Positions 25,881-40,070 of a stretch of 64,000 bases of DNA are shown here, one piece after another. The stretch spans positions 310,001 to 374,000 of the forward strand of contig OY253677.1 of NCBI GenBank assembly GCA_958009085.1, read 5' to 3'. Position numbers and translations under genes: made by a program. This stretch comes from Protoeuglena noctilucae. Lineage: Eukaryota. The notes under the pieces are model-generated. The model saw only the letters and a list, made by a program, of their open reading frames with translations, had not been told where the DNA came from and made no database searches. Each line of letters begins with the position of its first letter. Position 1 is the first letter of the stretch.

Positions 25881-27500
25881 TGATTGCGCCGCCGGCGCGG
25901 TTGACAGCCAACCCAGCACCTGCCACAGCCCGGCGTTCGTTTCGGCGCCCCGTCGGGCTCGCGTTCTCCATCGCGCCGTTTGGAGATGAGACGACAGGCG
26001 AAACGGCGACGAGGGGGGGACAGTTTTTGAAACCGTCAAGCTCGAAACTGAACGATGGCGTCTCCGATGTCATCGCACGGAGGCGCTTCCTGGCGCGTCT
26101 GGGATTCGCCGAGGCGGAGGTCGACGCCCTTCTGGCTCTGAAGCACGCGTGGGTCTGGGCCTGCAGCTCGGTGAGCCAACTATGGCGAAGCTAGAGCGTG
26201 CGGGGACGGCGAGTTCTACTGAGACTGACCATTGGCGGCGGGAGTCCAGGGGCCGACGCTGCGGCATGCCGTGCTTTGCAGGACGAGTTGGAAGCCCAGC
26301 TGCAAGCGTGGACGTCCGTGCCCCTGCCCCCGGGTGTCGACGCCACCGCACTCGCCCGGCGTCACCCGACGGCCGTGTTCAAGGCCGGCCGCTCCCCCCG
26401 CGTGGTCCAGGGCCGGGCGGCCACCCTCGCTTTCCTCGGTGCGTCATCGGCGAGCAGCTCACTTGCGGGCTGGTTGCCGTGCTTGCCGCTCACCCCGCTC
26501 AGCATCGCGACCCGCCCCTCTCCCCTCCAGCGTCCGAGGTCGGCACGCGCAAGTTCACCGGGGTGCTCGCCTCCACGAACGGCCTGCTCATGTACAGCCC
26601 CGAGGCCCTGTCTGCGCGGCTGGAGGCCCTCGTGGACGTCGCCAGCGCCGTGGGCGTGCCGGAGGCGTCCGCGAGGCGCAACGTCGCCCGGCAGCCGCAG
26701 CTCCTGGGGACCTCCCTGCGCTGTCGCCTGGTGCCCTCGCTGGCCTACCTCATCACGCTCGGTTGCCCCCTTCAGGTAACCGAGTCACCGGTGCTTGCCG
26801 GTGGTTAGGGATTCCATTCACAACAATAAAGCATTCCTTTTCACCGTCAAACACCCCAGGACCTGAACGGCCACCTGGAGAGCCTGGCCCTGGCTCTGGA
26901 GAAGCCCAACGCGCAGAACAAGCTCCTCATGATGCTCAAATACGGCCTTCGTCCCTCGGACATCAGCCCCGTGCTGCTCAAGTACTCCCTCAAGCGCCTG
27001 GGGCCTCGGCGCGCCCTACTCAAGGAACTCCGGCTCCCGCACACGGTGGCGTCCCTCAAGAAGTGGGCGTCCATCACAGGCGAGGGAGCACTGGGACGCG
27101 TTCTTGGGCACGGCGGCAGGGCCTCATGTGCCTCCCTGTGGCCTGTGACCTGGCCCGGTCTCTTCCCTCACCACGAGTGAACTGCTCCATCCCTGCCCTC
27201 CCCACGTCCACGCTGCTGCTCCCTCCCCTTTCCGCAGACCAGGCGTTCGCCCGCAGCGTCCTCGCCCCGCACGGCATGCGAGAGGACTTGTTCCCCGCCT
27301 TTATCCGCGAGTACGCCGAGCTGTTGCCGGCCATGCTGGAGGAGGCCTGGGCAGACGAGGGACTGCGCGCCTGCCTGCCGCCCTTCCCAACGCCAGACGA
27401 GGCGCAGGACATCCTGGAGGCGCACCGAGCCAAGACGCAAGCTAGCGCCCGCGACCCAGGTCGGGCTAGCGTGGGTTCGACGTTGAGTGACAGGGCCTAG
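25881..27500 (+). CDS. mTERF family protein (organelle-targeted)
   Basis: mTERF-like repeats: NVARQPQLLGTSLRCRLVPSLAYLITLG, LLKYSLKRLGPRRALL and the terminal IT|DQAFA motif. The N-terminus is R/A/P-rich. Confidence 0.7.
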
Positions 27501-27561
27501 TCACACTTTCAAAAGCATCGGAGTGTCTGGAGTTTCACAGTGCCTGCTTCCTGAGCAAATG

Positions 27562-28730
<1,169 letters not shown>

Positions 28731-29003
28731 GGCGCCCCACGCGGCACAGCTATGAGAAAACCTCTGCTTCACGCCCCCTCCCGTCAAACCTGTGTTGGGG
28801 ACAGTCAGCACAAGCTAGGACGGCCCCACATGCTCACGGAAGAGACGGAGCGAGCCACTGTCCGCTGGCTCTTTGGTGAGGTTTCCTTGTGCGAGGATGC
28901 CGTGTCAGCTGGTCGACGCTGGCCAAACGCTTTGGTTTTTGGCGAAGAAACCAGCAATGCCCATTTATTACCAAGCGCTCGTTCTTTTTGTGACGCTGGG
29001 GCC

Positions 29004-30265
29004 ATGAGCGGCCTTGCGGTGGCCAGGTCCAGCGCTGGGGCCCTGCCAGCATCCCACTTTTCCGGAGTGCGGGCACGACCGCGGGCGCACGCGTCTGCGA
29101 GACGCGCGGTCGTGCTCCAGTCGCTGCCAACAAATCACAGCGAACTGCTGAAGGCCGCGGTCGACGCCTCACGCAATGGCTCGCTGGTGGCCTTCTTCGA
29201 TGAGAACTCTGATCGCATTTTGCTGCCCTTCCTAGGTCGGTTTTTATCCTGGCTGCCTTACTCGTACCGAGTACTTGAGACGGTGTCTTACTCGCACTTG
29301 AGATGGCTAGCCTCCGCGCTGGGATGCAAATGGCTTGCCCACGTCTGCAGTGCACCTTGCGGAGGAGGCTGACCGGTCCGGAGGGGAGCTGGATGCTGTG
29401 GCCTCGCAGCTCACCCTCTTGAGCGCCGGGTACTCATCCGAGGTAGTAATTAAAGACGTGGGCGTCGGGGAGGGGGCTTTGGCACCCCTTCAGGCTGCAG
29501 AGGCCACCGCGGCCCTGGATGCGAGAGCGAGCCCCGGCGCGATCGTCTCTGCGGAGCGGCGGGCACAGGGTCTGGTGCGGGAGTTGCAGGAAGGTGAGGC
29601 ACGGACAGACAGGGTGGGCGCATGGCCCGCAGGTGGAGAGCCAACATGGACTGGTTGCCGCTCGCTGTCCTTCCTGCAGTGAGGCGGAGCTCCCTCGTCG
29701 AGATCATTGGGAGGAAACCGTTGCAAGGCTCACCGAGAGAGGACGCTCCGGATTGCATGGCATCGGACATTCCTGCACCAGCCACCCCAGCGCAGCGCAT
29801 CCTCCAGGCAAGTGGGCCATGCGACGGTGTTCGGCAAGGCATGGCCAACGACGTTGCTGACACCATCCCCGTGGCGCACGCAGGCCCTCTTGGACCTAGG
29901 CACGCGAACAGAGCGCCAAGCGATGCTGCCCGAGGCCTTCCGGCCACCAGAAGGGGAGGAGGGAGGCGGGGAGCCGACTGTGATGCTGTGGACGACGCCG
30001 ACGTTGCTGCTGCAAGCTATCGACTTGGAGCTGGCGAGGCTGCAGCGCCCGCGGAGGGGTTGGATGGTGGAATCCCCGCCTCTCCTTGGCGGATCGACAT
30101 TGGATGTGGACAACAGGCAGCGGTGCGTGACGGGAGAGGCGCGGGACAGGGGAGCGAGCGAACGAGTGTTGGGACGGGCAGCAATCGAACTGCAACGTCG
30201 TGCATCGCAGGACGTTGGGCGAGCTCAGAGAAGACGTGTTGCCTTACTGCGACTTCTGGCAGTGA
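29004..30265 (+). CDS. Hypothetical protein, probably plastid-targeted
   Basis: Transit-peptide-like start MSGLAVARSSAGALPASHFSGVRARPRAHASARRAV. Exons join in phase to ...TLGELREDVLPYCDFWQ*. Confidence 0.55.
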
Positions 30266-30500
30266 TGAAGGATTGGCGTTCAATCTGGCCGCTCCGTCAT
30301 GGCGAGCCGCTCCCGGATGTCGGCTATCCTGCCGCGGTCCACGTGTGCGTCCAGAGCAAACGCCCTCCGCGCCTGCTGCAAATGGCCTGGCCTCATGCCG
30401 TAGCCCAGCATGTGCACCACTGCAACCTTGGCCGCCAGCTCCCGCCTGCAAACAGGGGCACCTTGCGGTCCATGCGTTGCGAAAACTGGCTCTTAAATTG

Positions 30501-31141
30501 TCAGGCATACCCACGCGGCAGGTAGAATAGACGCACGCACCGGACGGCCCGTGCCACGTCCGACAAGGAGTCCGCACACTCGGCCAGGCCTGGCCTCCCG
30601 CCCGAGGCACCAGCCAGCGGCTCCGGTCCAGGCCCGCTTCTTCCGCTCGCTCCTCCCGCCGCGGCGCGCCTGCCCTCCTGTGCCGCCGCCTCCATGGCCA
30701 GCACGGCGCGCTCCATACCCCCCACCCGCTCCCTCAAATCCACTGCGCGCCCAGGGGCATTCCGGCGCTCGCGCATTCGTCCACAGTCTACCATCAAAGA
30801 GCCGACGTTTCATCCCCTCCGTTCCTCGCCTAACAGCCCCTCCAGCGCCCGCAGCTGCTTGGCCCGGACACGCAGCGGGAGGCCGTCGATGGTGGCCAGC
30901 TCCCCGAAGTTCCCGTCGTCTTCCAGCACCGGCAGGCGCTCCAGGATATAAGTGATCGTTCGGACGAGCGAATTCGCACTGCACGCGGCTCGACATGCGG
31001 CATTTCCCTCAGGAATGTGCGTGTGGGCCAGCGCCACCCATCCGCGGCGTACCTGTCTGCGAGCGCGTCCCACTGGCTGAGCTCCTCAGTAAGCTTTGCG
31101 AATGCCTTGCGTAGGAGTGCGTAGCGGGTGTCCAGGGACAT
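30501..31141 (-). CDS. Small helical protein, possibly C1orf109/At5g43822-like; 3' end uncertain
   Basis: MSLDTRYALLRKAFAKLTEELSQWDAL... and ILERLPVLEDDGNFGELATIDGL..RVRAKQLRALE resemble that plant family from memory. Confidence 0.5.
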
Positions 31142-31336
31142 GGAACCGTCTCAGAACTCCAAACACCTCTCGCCAGCGCAGGAAATCAAACACCTAAGAC
31201 CAAGATGGCCATAGTTGTGTTGGTAGAACAGCGGTGGTGTGGCCACAAACGGCTTTGCCTGGCGCCGGTAGGGTTCACACGTGCTGAGGCCGTGCATGCG
31301 CCCTGGGGTGAAGAGCCTCGACATCCCTACGACTCC

Positions 31337-32049
31337 TCAGGCCTCCTTGCGGTCGTCCCGGGCCAGCAGCTGCTCGCGCGGCGACGGGCCGGGAGGGACG
31401 ACCATCAGGCGGCCGTCCGCCTGCTCCACCAGGGGGGGCCACAGGGCGGACATGTTGCCGGCGCGCTTGTCGATGGCCACGATGCCGAAGCCAGTGTGAA
31501 TGTCGAGGTCCTGGAGGGTCTTGCCCTCGTCGGCCTGTGAGCGAGTATCGAGCAGCAGCACGTGACGTGGTGCATCTGGTCGAGATCAACGGCCCGCGTG
31601 CACGATGGAACCGCCCGGGAGTCACCAAGCAAATACACCTTTCCACCAATCTCCTTTCCGCCCAGAAGGAGGATCAAATCCTCCGCAGGCACGCCCGCCT
31701 TGTCCCCGATGGTGCGCCTGAGGTCTGTGGCCGTCTGCGGCGAAGTGGAAACCTTTCCACGCTCGCGGAGCCTCATGCACGCATGTCGCGAGTTAGACGC
31801 TTATGGCCACGAGCGTGCTGAAGGGGACAGCACTTAGGGCTCGACGTTTTGACCTGAGGGACGCAGACAGACACTTTGCGCTCGTTTCCGAGGCCGAGAG
31901 CACCGATGCGAGCCAGGATACGTAACCCGCCTTGCCTGACTGTACTGCATGCGGATGTCGAAGGTAGTGGGCGGCACCTCGCCGCTGCCGCTCTTCAGGC
32001 TGATGAAGAGCTGGAGGCCCAGGAAAACCCCGTGAGCCGCTCCGGTCAT
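31337..32049 (-). CDS. Small ubiquitin-like domain protein
   Basis: LQLFISLKSG...TATDLRRTIGDKAGVPAEDLILLLGGKEI|ADEGKTLQDLDIH shows the ubiquitin-fold pattern. There is no C-terminal GG. Confidence 0.65.
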
Positions 32050-32370
32050 TCTTCTTCAGCCAGTGCCCGCGACTCAGGAAGTTGCTTAGAGTGCAGTGCT
32101 GCAAGACGGGGCCATCGCATTGTCGGCGTTGCGCGTGTGGGTCTGGCACACCCATGCCAGGGCAAGCCCGCCAAGCCCGCAGCGGCACTAGGCTGCGCTG
32201 CGGTGGATCTCGCCAGCAGCAAAGCGCACGCAATTCGCTCTCGTACTTCTGCGTCTCGCTGCCCACCTTCTGCGCACCAAGGCTGGCAACGGGGTCGAGG
32301 GCGGGGGCCCAGCCGGTGGGACGCGCGGCGTCTTGAGCGGCAGGCGCCGGGAGGACTGCTTGGCTGGGCC

Positions 32371-33694
32371 ATGGTGAAGCTGACCTACATCGCTAGGCTG
32401 GCGGACGCCCACCCGCTGGCTGAAGGGCTTGAAATGGATTCCCAGGCGAGTCCGAGGCCTGGTTTTTTAAGGACATGGCGCCCGCTCCATCCTCATGCTT
32501 ATCATTTCCACCTGGGGGCAGAGATGCGCTCTCTGCGCGGTAGCTGGCTTTGGCAAGGGTGCACGGTGCGTGTTGAGCAAAATCCCCGCGTTCGTCACGC
32601 GCGGGTCCCGCTTCGCCTCGATCCCGGGATAACAGAGATGATACGCTTCCACCAAGCTATCGCTGCGCCCCAACACCCTAGCCGGCTCGCTGGAGCAATG
32701 GGAGACGTGGCGAGAGCGGGCATTGTCGTGTCCATCCCGATCGCAGGGGCTGGAGGAGTTCAAGCGGCAGGGGAAGAACATCGTGGCCTCCCTGTCAAGA
32801 CAAGCGCAGCAGACGTACGCGGGGAGGCCCGACAAAGTCTCGGCAGACGCGGGAGTGTACATGTTCCACTACACGATCTTCGCCGGCGTCGTCTTCCTGA
32901 CACTGGTGAGGCAGGGTGCTGTTCAGTTGCCCTGAAGCCAGTCCGGTTGCGCCAGGCGGGAGCACTGTGTGTCTCCCACCGCAGACGGACAAGGCGTACC
33001 CTCGGGCGCTGGCGTTCGAGTATTTGGAGGAGCTCAAGTCGGAGTTCATGAAGCTCTACGGGTCCGAGGTGGACACTGTGAGCAAGCACTACGCATTCGT
33101 CAAGTTCGACACCTTCATCCAGCGCACGCGCAAGCTGTACCTCGACCACCGCACCCACCGCAACCTCGAGAAGCTGCAGGTGATGGGGGCACCTGCAGGT
33201 GGCGTGGGGACCTTTGTAAATGACAGAGGACAGAACGGCGATGAAGGTTGGTGCGCCTTTGGGAGCGTTCCTCTCGGCAACCTTTGAGCCATTTCAAGGG
33301 AGGGGCCCTGACGGTGGGCCGTTCTTGATACCAATGAACGCAGGGAACGCTGGCAGAGGTCCACCAAGTGATGACGCAGAACATCCAGGACATCCTCGGG
33401 CAGGGGTCGAAGTTGGACCGAATGACGGAGATGAGTGCCATGTTGAGCGAAGGTGCGTGTGCGGAACACTGCTGTTCTGAGCGGAGGGGGGTTGCTTCTT
33501 CGCGGTCCAACGTGCTTCAGTGCGCCATGCGGTCGCCAGTCCCCGCGTCTGTCCTGGGGCTCGCAGAGTCGAAGGCATACCACAAGCGCGCCAAGGACAT
33601 GTACTTCCAAGCGCTCCTGCGCAAATATCTGCCATTCATCGCGGTCGGCGTCGTGCTGCTGGTGGTCCTTTACCTCCGCTGGAGGTTCTACTGA
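32371..33694 (+). CDS. SEC22: Vesicle-trafficking R-SNARE SEC22
   Basis: MVKLTYIARLAD..PLAEGL, DKAYPRALAFEYLEEL, YAFVKFDTFIQ and VMTQNIQDILGQGSKLD, ending in a C-terminal TM helix. Confidence 0.95.
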
Positions 33695-34340
33695 GTCGTG
33701 CGGGCGCGGCTTCATGCATCAGAGGCTTCATCAGCCTGCTGTCAGTTCTGTCAGACTGAGGGGCCGCGGGGTCTGGCGCGGGCGTGGCGCTTCACCATCG
33801 GGCGCCGCAGAGTGCCGGTGGCATAGCAAGAACCTTTAGTGGCCGGGGAGAGCGTGCGGCCGGCGCTTCTTTGCAGGGGCGCGACGATCCTTTTTGCGGG
33901 AGCCGTGCTGGGCTGGGGGCCAGGCCGGGCACGCATGCGCCCGTCCTGCGATGAAGCCGTTGCGGAGAGATGAAGAGGCGGGCATTGAGGCATGCGGGTG
34001 GCCGCGGGATGCCCTTGGGTGCGTGGCGGCTGTGCGCCATACAGCCCAAATGACACAACCCGTTTTGTCATCGCGGTTGAAGCCGCCCGCCGTCGCCGTG
34101 CTCGAACTTGACATCCGCATTGAGAAGCCGGCGCTGTATAATCCAGATCGCGCGCGGTCTTCCTGGCCGCGTTTGATTCCCCTCCCACGACGCTGGGCAG
34201 TGCTTGGAGCCCTGCAACACATTTGCACGCAAGTGCACCTTGCACCGGCCGCCATTCAACCCATGTGCTTATGCCGCATGACGACGTTTCTCGCGGCACG
34301 CTCGACGTGCGCCAACCACCTCCCCTTGTGCGTCTTGCAG

Positions 34341-36234
34341 GCGATTTTTCAAGCTGAGGCCATGGCATGCCGTTGCGGTGCTTTGTGTCATCACGCTGGG
34401 GGTGGCAGCGACGTACATGCTCCGAGACGTGAATGCGATCGCCAGGTACGACTGCCCTGAGCAAACCTGCCCTGGGGACCTGTGGCCCGTCGCATCGTTA
34501 CTTGACGAGAGACGGCCTGCCTGCAGGGCACGGGCGCGCCAGTGGATCACAGGAAGCATGTACATGACGTCCATGAGCTTCACCCGTGAGCCTTCGGCGA
34601 TGATGCTCGACAGCGGCCGCCCCTTCCATCCCCGCCAGCTGACCTCTGAGGCCAGTCGTGCCCGGCCACGTCTCATCGCAATGTGTTGATTGGGCTTCCT
34701 CCTTTCCTTACCAAGCATGCGTCCCTGTACAAACGAATGCTGCTCTACTAACGAATGCCACTCGTTCGTCTGTCCCCAGCATCCGGAGCCCCTGGACGGG
34801 GTGTCGCTCTGGGAGGAGGCCGCAGAGACCGCATGGGTGGACCTCAACCTGGCCATGGCCAAGGCCCTGTACTTCTCGGCGCCAGAGCCGGGCGTGGAAC
34901 CAGGCGACTCTGGTCCGAGGTGGGCGGCCCCGGGAGAGGCGACGGCGTGGGTGGCGGCGCCCCTGGGCTGGCGCACGTACCCCCGGGAGGACTACGTGCG
35001 AGAGGGCATCACGTACAGTCCGGAGGAGCAGGAGGTGCTGGCGGCGCAGCTGGGGCATTTCTTGCGGCTGGCGGGCGAGATCGACACATCGGCCCTGCTC
35101 AGCGCATCGGCTCCTCGGGGTGCTGTGGTGGTCGGGGGGGGCGGCGTGATGCCGCACGTCATGCTGGCGCTGTGGTCGCTGCGGCAGGGGGGCTTCGCCG
35201 AGCCGGCCCAACTCTGGTGCTACTCGTTCGAGTGCCCCTCCCCCACCGTCGAGGCCTACTTGCGTCAGAACCTCAACACGGCCGTGGTCGTCATCGACCG
35301 CCTCCTCCCGGCCCTGGGCGCCACGGACGGCGGCGGGTCCGCCATGCTCTCCCGCAAGGTCCTCTACGACCTCTCCCTCTTCACCCTCAAGGTCCTGGCA
35401 GTGACGCTGGCGCCCTTCCGGGAGGTCTTCCTGGTCGACGCCGACAACATCGTGCTACGGGACCCGGGGCCCATCATGGACAGCGCGGACTTCCAACAGT
35501 ACGGCGCCGTCATGTGGCCGGACTTCGGGGGCCTGTCCGTCGACCCCCAGGTTCTCCCCATCGCCGCGCGGGCGCGCGAGATGGCCGGCCTCACGACGCC
35601 CGCTGCCCCTGCACCGGGCGAGGGCGGCAACCCGCGCCTGGGTGTCCGTCCCAAAGCCACGGAGACGCTCGTGGGCGTGGTGGACTACGAGGCCCTGCTG
35701 GGCCAGGCGGGGTTCGCCGCCCCGCGGCAGGCCCACGAGTCGGGGCAGCTGGCCGTGGACCGCGCCCGGCACCTCCCCGGCCTCTTCACGGCGCTCTTCC
35801 TCATGGCGTACCCCAACCGCACGCTCGAGTGGATGCTGTGTCACTCGATGGGCATCGGCGACAAGGAGCCCTTTGCCTGGGGCATCACGCTGGCCGGTGG
35901 CGATTACCACATGGTGCCCTACCCGGTGCGCCTGGGGGGCGTCCGCGAGCCGGGCAAGGCGACCATGAAGTCGGTGGCAATGGTGCAGAGGGGCCTGGAT
36001 GGCCAGCTGCATTTCATCCACTGCAATCACTGCGACTGGTCGTGCCGGGCCCTCCCGCACACGATCACCCCTCAGGACCACCGCTTCACCGAGGTCGACG
36101 GCCTGGGGTCCCTGCACGACTACTTCCGGTCTCCCGACTGGCTGCAGACGGGCGGGCCGCGGTGGGGTGCGGGGGACTTCGAGTCCACGTTGTGGGCCGT
36201 CACGTGGGGGCACTGCACCCTTATCAAGGGGTGA
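34341..36234 (+). CDS. Alpha-mannosyltransferase, MNN2/GT71-like type II membrane protein; first exon upstream of 34341 not resolved
   Basis: TM AVAVLCVITLGVAATYML; motifs RGAVVVGGG, APFREVFLVDADN (DxD), WPDFG, ESGQL and GDKEPF in one ~1.45 kb exon. Confidence 0.8.
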
Positions 36235-36620
36235 AGGGTCTTGTGTAGCGTAGGGCAAGCAGCTTGCCCCGAGCTGGTAGTAGCTAACAATCGTCTCTGC
36301 GAGTTACTGACACACCTTGTTGTTTCGGCATGCCTCTTCCCATGTTGGATGTGCATTGGTATACTGATCGCTTGCAATACCTCCGGACAATAGCAACCCA
36401 CTACTGCAATGTCGTCTGCTTGTCCTGCATCTCCTGCTTTGAAAGTTCTGTGAAGTGTGCAGGCTTAGACAGATCAAATTTGCTGCAAACCTTGCAACGC
36501 TGTCACACGTCACGATCACCGCTGCCTATGAAACTCCCAGCACTGCAGCCCCTGGCAAGGGCTGTGTGAGGCTCTCATTCTTACACGGCCGCTTCGTCTG
36601 TCGACCCCTCCGAATCATAG

Positions 36621-37705
36621 TCACCGCGCTCCTCCTCCTCCCGCTGGCCTGCGAGCCCAGGTGGTGGCGGTGAGCCACCGCGCATCGCCCATCACAATCG
36701 CCCACCGCAATCGCCCACGGCGATCGCCAGACCCCAGCACGCAATCAGCACGGGACTCACGCACGGCCGTCTCGTGGCGCTGGAGGCCGGCGAGGAAACG
36801 CTCGTATGAGATGGGCCTACAGCACGACGCGTACTGGGTGCAGAGGGGCAGGACGACAAACACCCCACCAGCCAGACCAAAAGCGCCATAGACGGCCCCA
36901 CGCGTGGCGCCGGCCTCCGAGGAGGAGGGAGGGAAGAGGCCAAAGTACATGAGCAGCGCTAGGACGAGTATAATCGCGCCGGCAATGAAGAAGCCCACGA
37001 TGGCACCCTTGCGCTGGCGCTCCCTGCAGATGCCGCGGGGGCCCAGGTATGGGCAGAGGCTGCGAGGGCGCAGGCGGCTGCCACGAGCCACGCTGCACCA
37101 AGCAATGTCAGACAGCGGCGCAGTCAACCTCACCGGATGGCTGAGACGATGAGGTACTTGTGGTAGTCTGGCGACTGCCTCGCGCGTTGTGCCTGGTCGC
37201 CGTCGTATTGGAATCTCAGAGTACCTCCTCTAACATCCCGAAGGTGGACGACCTCATGCTGCAGGGGAGACATCACTGAGCGTGGGCGAACTCCCACGCG
37301 CCAGGCAAAGTCGGCCCAGTACAGAGCCAAAAAACGCTTCCCGTTCCTCAAAGTTGGCGCGCGCCTCACCACTGCGAGCTGGACCGGCGGAGGCCGTGAG
37401 GGCGCCGACCACCCGTCCGCACCGGGGCGGTGCTCCCTCCACGAAGGCTTTGTTTGGCTCTGGCCTTGCACGATCTCCGTCGAGATTGATGGCAATCCAT
37501 ACCCCGCGCCGCTGGCCCGGTCGGTCAGTCGGTCGGTCGAGGGGGGTCCCGCACTCTCTGCACTTCCCTTCCAGCCCCCCAGCACCCGCCACAGCCACGG
37601 GGACGCCCCCGCTTCGCTGCCTGCGGGCGCATGGCCTCGGTCTGCGCCGGGGCCGACCGTGCTCATCGACGGCGACGCAACCCCCGATACGCGAAGTCCC
37701 TCCAT
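36621..37705 (-). CDS. Hypothetical two-TM membrane protein; ends uncertain
   Basis: Two hydrophobic segments: GAIVGFFIAGAIILVLALLMYFGLF and AVYGAFGLAGGVFVVLPLC. Confidence 0.45.
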
Positions 37706-37943
37706 GTAGACGCTTGGTTTGCACCCTGCGAGCCCTCCGATGTGAGCGTCTCAGCAGCACCTGCGGCGTCAGGCATGTGAGAGTGTATTGCGATGAGCCC
37801 CGCGTGGCTTTTCTCGCGATTCCCCTGCGAATTGGGGAGAAAACCTGCCAGTCATCGGTGCCGTCGTCCCCCGCCCCCTTGGACCTCTCCTGGCGCCCGC
37901 GTCCGCCCTTTCCTTGCCAGGAACTCCATCATCAAACGTCATC

Positions 37944-39647
37944 ATGGCCGAAGGTCTCGTGGAGCGCGGAACCCTCAGGTCAGCCGCCCGAGGCCTGCCG
38001 GGCGCAGGCGTTGCGCCGCGTGCCATCAGCATTCCTGCGCCGATGCAATAGCATTTCAGCGGGGCGGTCGGCCCCGGGGGACCTGCACGGCCCTCGGAGC
38101 AAGCGGCTTTCCTCTCGCCGCGCTCCCCAACGACGTTCCAGCGGCTCTCCAAGTGCCTCCCGCACGCTTTGGCAAGCTTCGTTCCCGCTCCGCCCTGGGA
38201 TGTCCGGGGGAGGGTCGCCAGAGCCCGCCTCGCCCTCGCCGCCGTCTGCCGCCGATGGATCGCTGCCCGCTCGCATGTGACGATGCGTTCCGCCACGCGG
38301 TTCGCAGGGGGCACAAGGGGTGGGTGACGGCCATCGCCACGCCGCTGGACCCGTCCTCGGACACGATCCTCTCGGCCTCCCGCGACAAGACGGTCATCAT
38401 GTGGCACCTCACGCGCGAGGACACCGACTACGGCATCCCCAAGCGCGCTCTCCGCGGCCACTCTCACTTCGTGGAGGACGTGGTCATCTCTTCCGACGGC
38501 CAGTTCGCCCTCAGCGGCTCGTGGGACGGCACGCTGCGCCTCTGGGACCTCTCCACGGGCGCCACGGCCCGCCGCTTTGTCGACCACAAGAAGGCGAGTG
38601 CAAGAATCACGATGCCGAAGCGTGGCTGGTCGACGGAGGGCCGCGGCGGCCACGAAACCGCCGACCCATCCCGCAGGACGTCCTCTCGGTCGCCTTCTCG
38701 TTCGACAACCGCCAGATCGTGTCGGCGTCGCGCGACAAGACCATCAAGCTCTGGAACACCCTCGGCGAGTGCAAGTTCACCATCGGGACCGAGCAGGAGG
38801 GCCACACGGACTGGGTCTCGTGCGTCCGCTTCTCCCCCAGCACCGAGCTGCCCACCATCGGTGAGCCGCGCCGCCCCTCGCCCTTCTCCCTTGCTTATTC
38901 TCCGCGCTCGGCTCCATGTACGTGGCCCTGCCAGCTGGCTGACTCACGTGGCTCCCTTCCACCACCGGCACATTGCCATGAGCCCTGTCGATGCGCCTCC
39001 TTGCCCCCAGTCTCGTGCGGCTGGGACAAGCGCGTCAAGGTCTGGGACCTTAAGGAGTGCAAGCTCCGCTTCGACCTGGCAGGGCACACGCAGTACCTGA
39101 ACACGGGTGAGTGCGGGGGCAGCCCGGTGACGCGACCCGCCGCCCGCGCCTGCGCCGCGCTCATCCGCGCCCGCCGCCGGCGCAGTCACCGTCTCCCCCG
39201 ACGGGTCCCTGTGCGCCTCGGGCGGCAAGGACGGCGTGGCCATGCTCTGGGACCTGCACGAGGGCAAGCGCCTCTACTCGCTGGAGGCCAACGACATCAT
39301 CCACGCCCTCTGCTTCTCGCCCAACCGGTGCGCGTCGGACCTGCGCCGCTCGGGCCGCGCGCGCCGCCGTGCCCCGCCTCGCCCGGCCCCTCCACTGCAA
39401 TGGCGCTCTGTTCGTCGTCGTGCCGCGCAGGTACTGGCTGTGCGCGGCGACGTCTTCGTGCATCAAGATCTGGGACCTGGAGACCAAGTCGGTCGTGGAC
39501 GAGGTGCGGCCCGAGTCAGACCAGCCGCTGTCCAAGAAGGCCATCCCCCACCATTGCACGTGCCTCCAGTGGTCCGCGGACGGCTCGGTGCTCTACGCCG
39601 GCTACACGGACGGCCTCATCCGCGTCTGCACCGTCAACCGCATCTGA
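37944..39647 (+). CDS. RACK1: Receptor for activated C kinase 1 (G-beta-like WD40 ribosomal protein)
   Basis: [65 protein letters not shown] and [11 protein letters not shown]. Confidence 0.97.
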
Positions 39648-39939
39648 GGGTCCGACGCTCCGCGTGCGGGAGGCACCCCTGACGCCGTGGTGGGGCGCAC
39701 CTGGCGGGGTCGCTAGGGCAGCGCGCTGCCGAAACCTTGCTGCCCCTCGTGTATGGCAAGGGCACGAGCGCGGGACGGCCCTCACAGGAGGGAGGAAGAG
39801 CAGGGCTGGCGAGCGGGGGCTGCACCCGCGCATTTGAAGGCTGAGAAAATCAGCGAGACCAGCACTTGCTGACACTTGAACGTCCGTGCCAGAGTGCCGA
39901 AGCTGACGCGCGTCTCATCATCGGGAAAACCCGGCGATT

Positions 39940-40070
39940 TGACGTCACTCGGATCAGAAGGATCGCGGGAATCACTGGATTCATCCCAGTGATCCCCGGG
40001 AATCGCCGGGATCATCCCCGTGATCCCGGCGATCCCCGCCACTGCCGCAGTGATCCCAGCGATCCCGGGC
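39940..40070. repeat. Left subterminal GATC-rich repeat array of the transposon
   Basis: ATC recurs about every 9-10 bp (39953, 39962, 39971, 39983, 39992, 40002, 40011, 40023, 40032, 40053, 40062), forming a ~31-bp unit that contains GGGATCATCCC. Confidence 0.8.

Noticed and set aside
32046..32372. Minus-strand ATG overlapping the SEC22 start codon
   Set aside because: It is a chance CCATGG palindrome. The UBL gene has a better start at 32049.
37979..38307. Long first intron of RACK1 as a snoRNA host
   Set aside because: There is only an isolated ANANNA-like hexamer, and I found no convincing C/D or H/ACA box pair.
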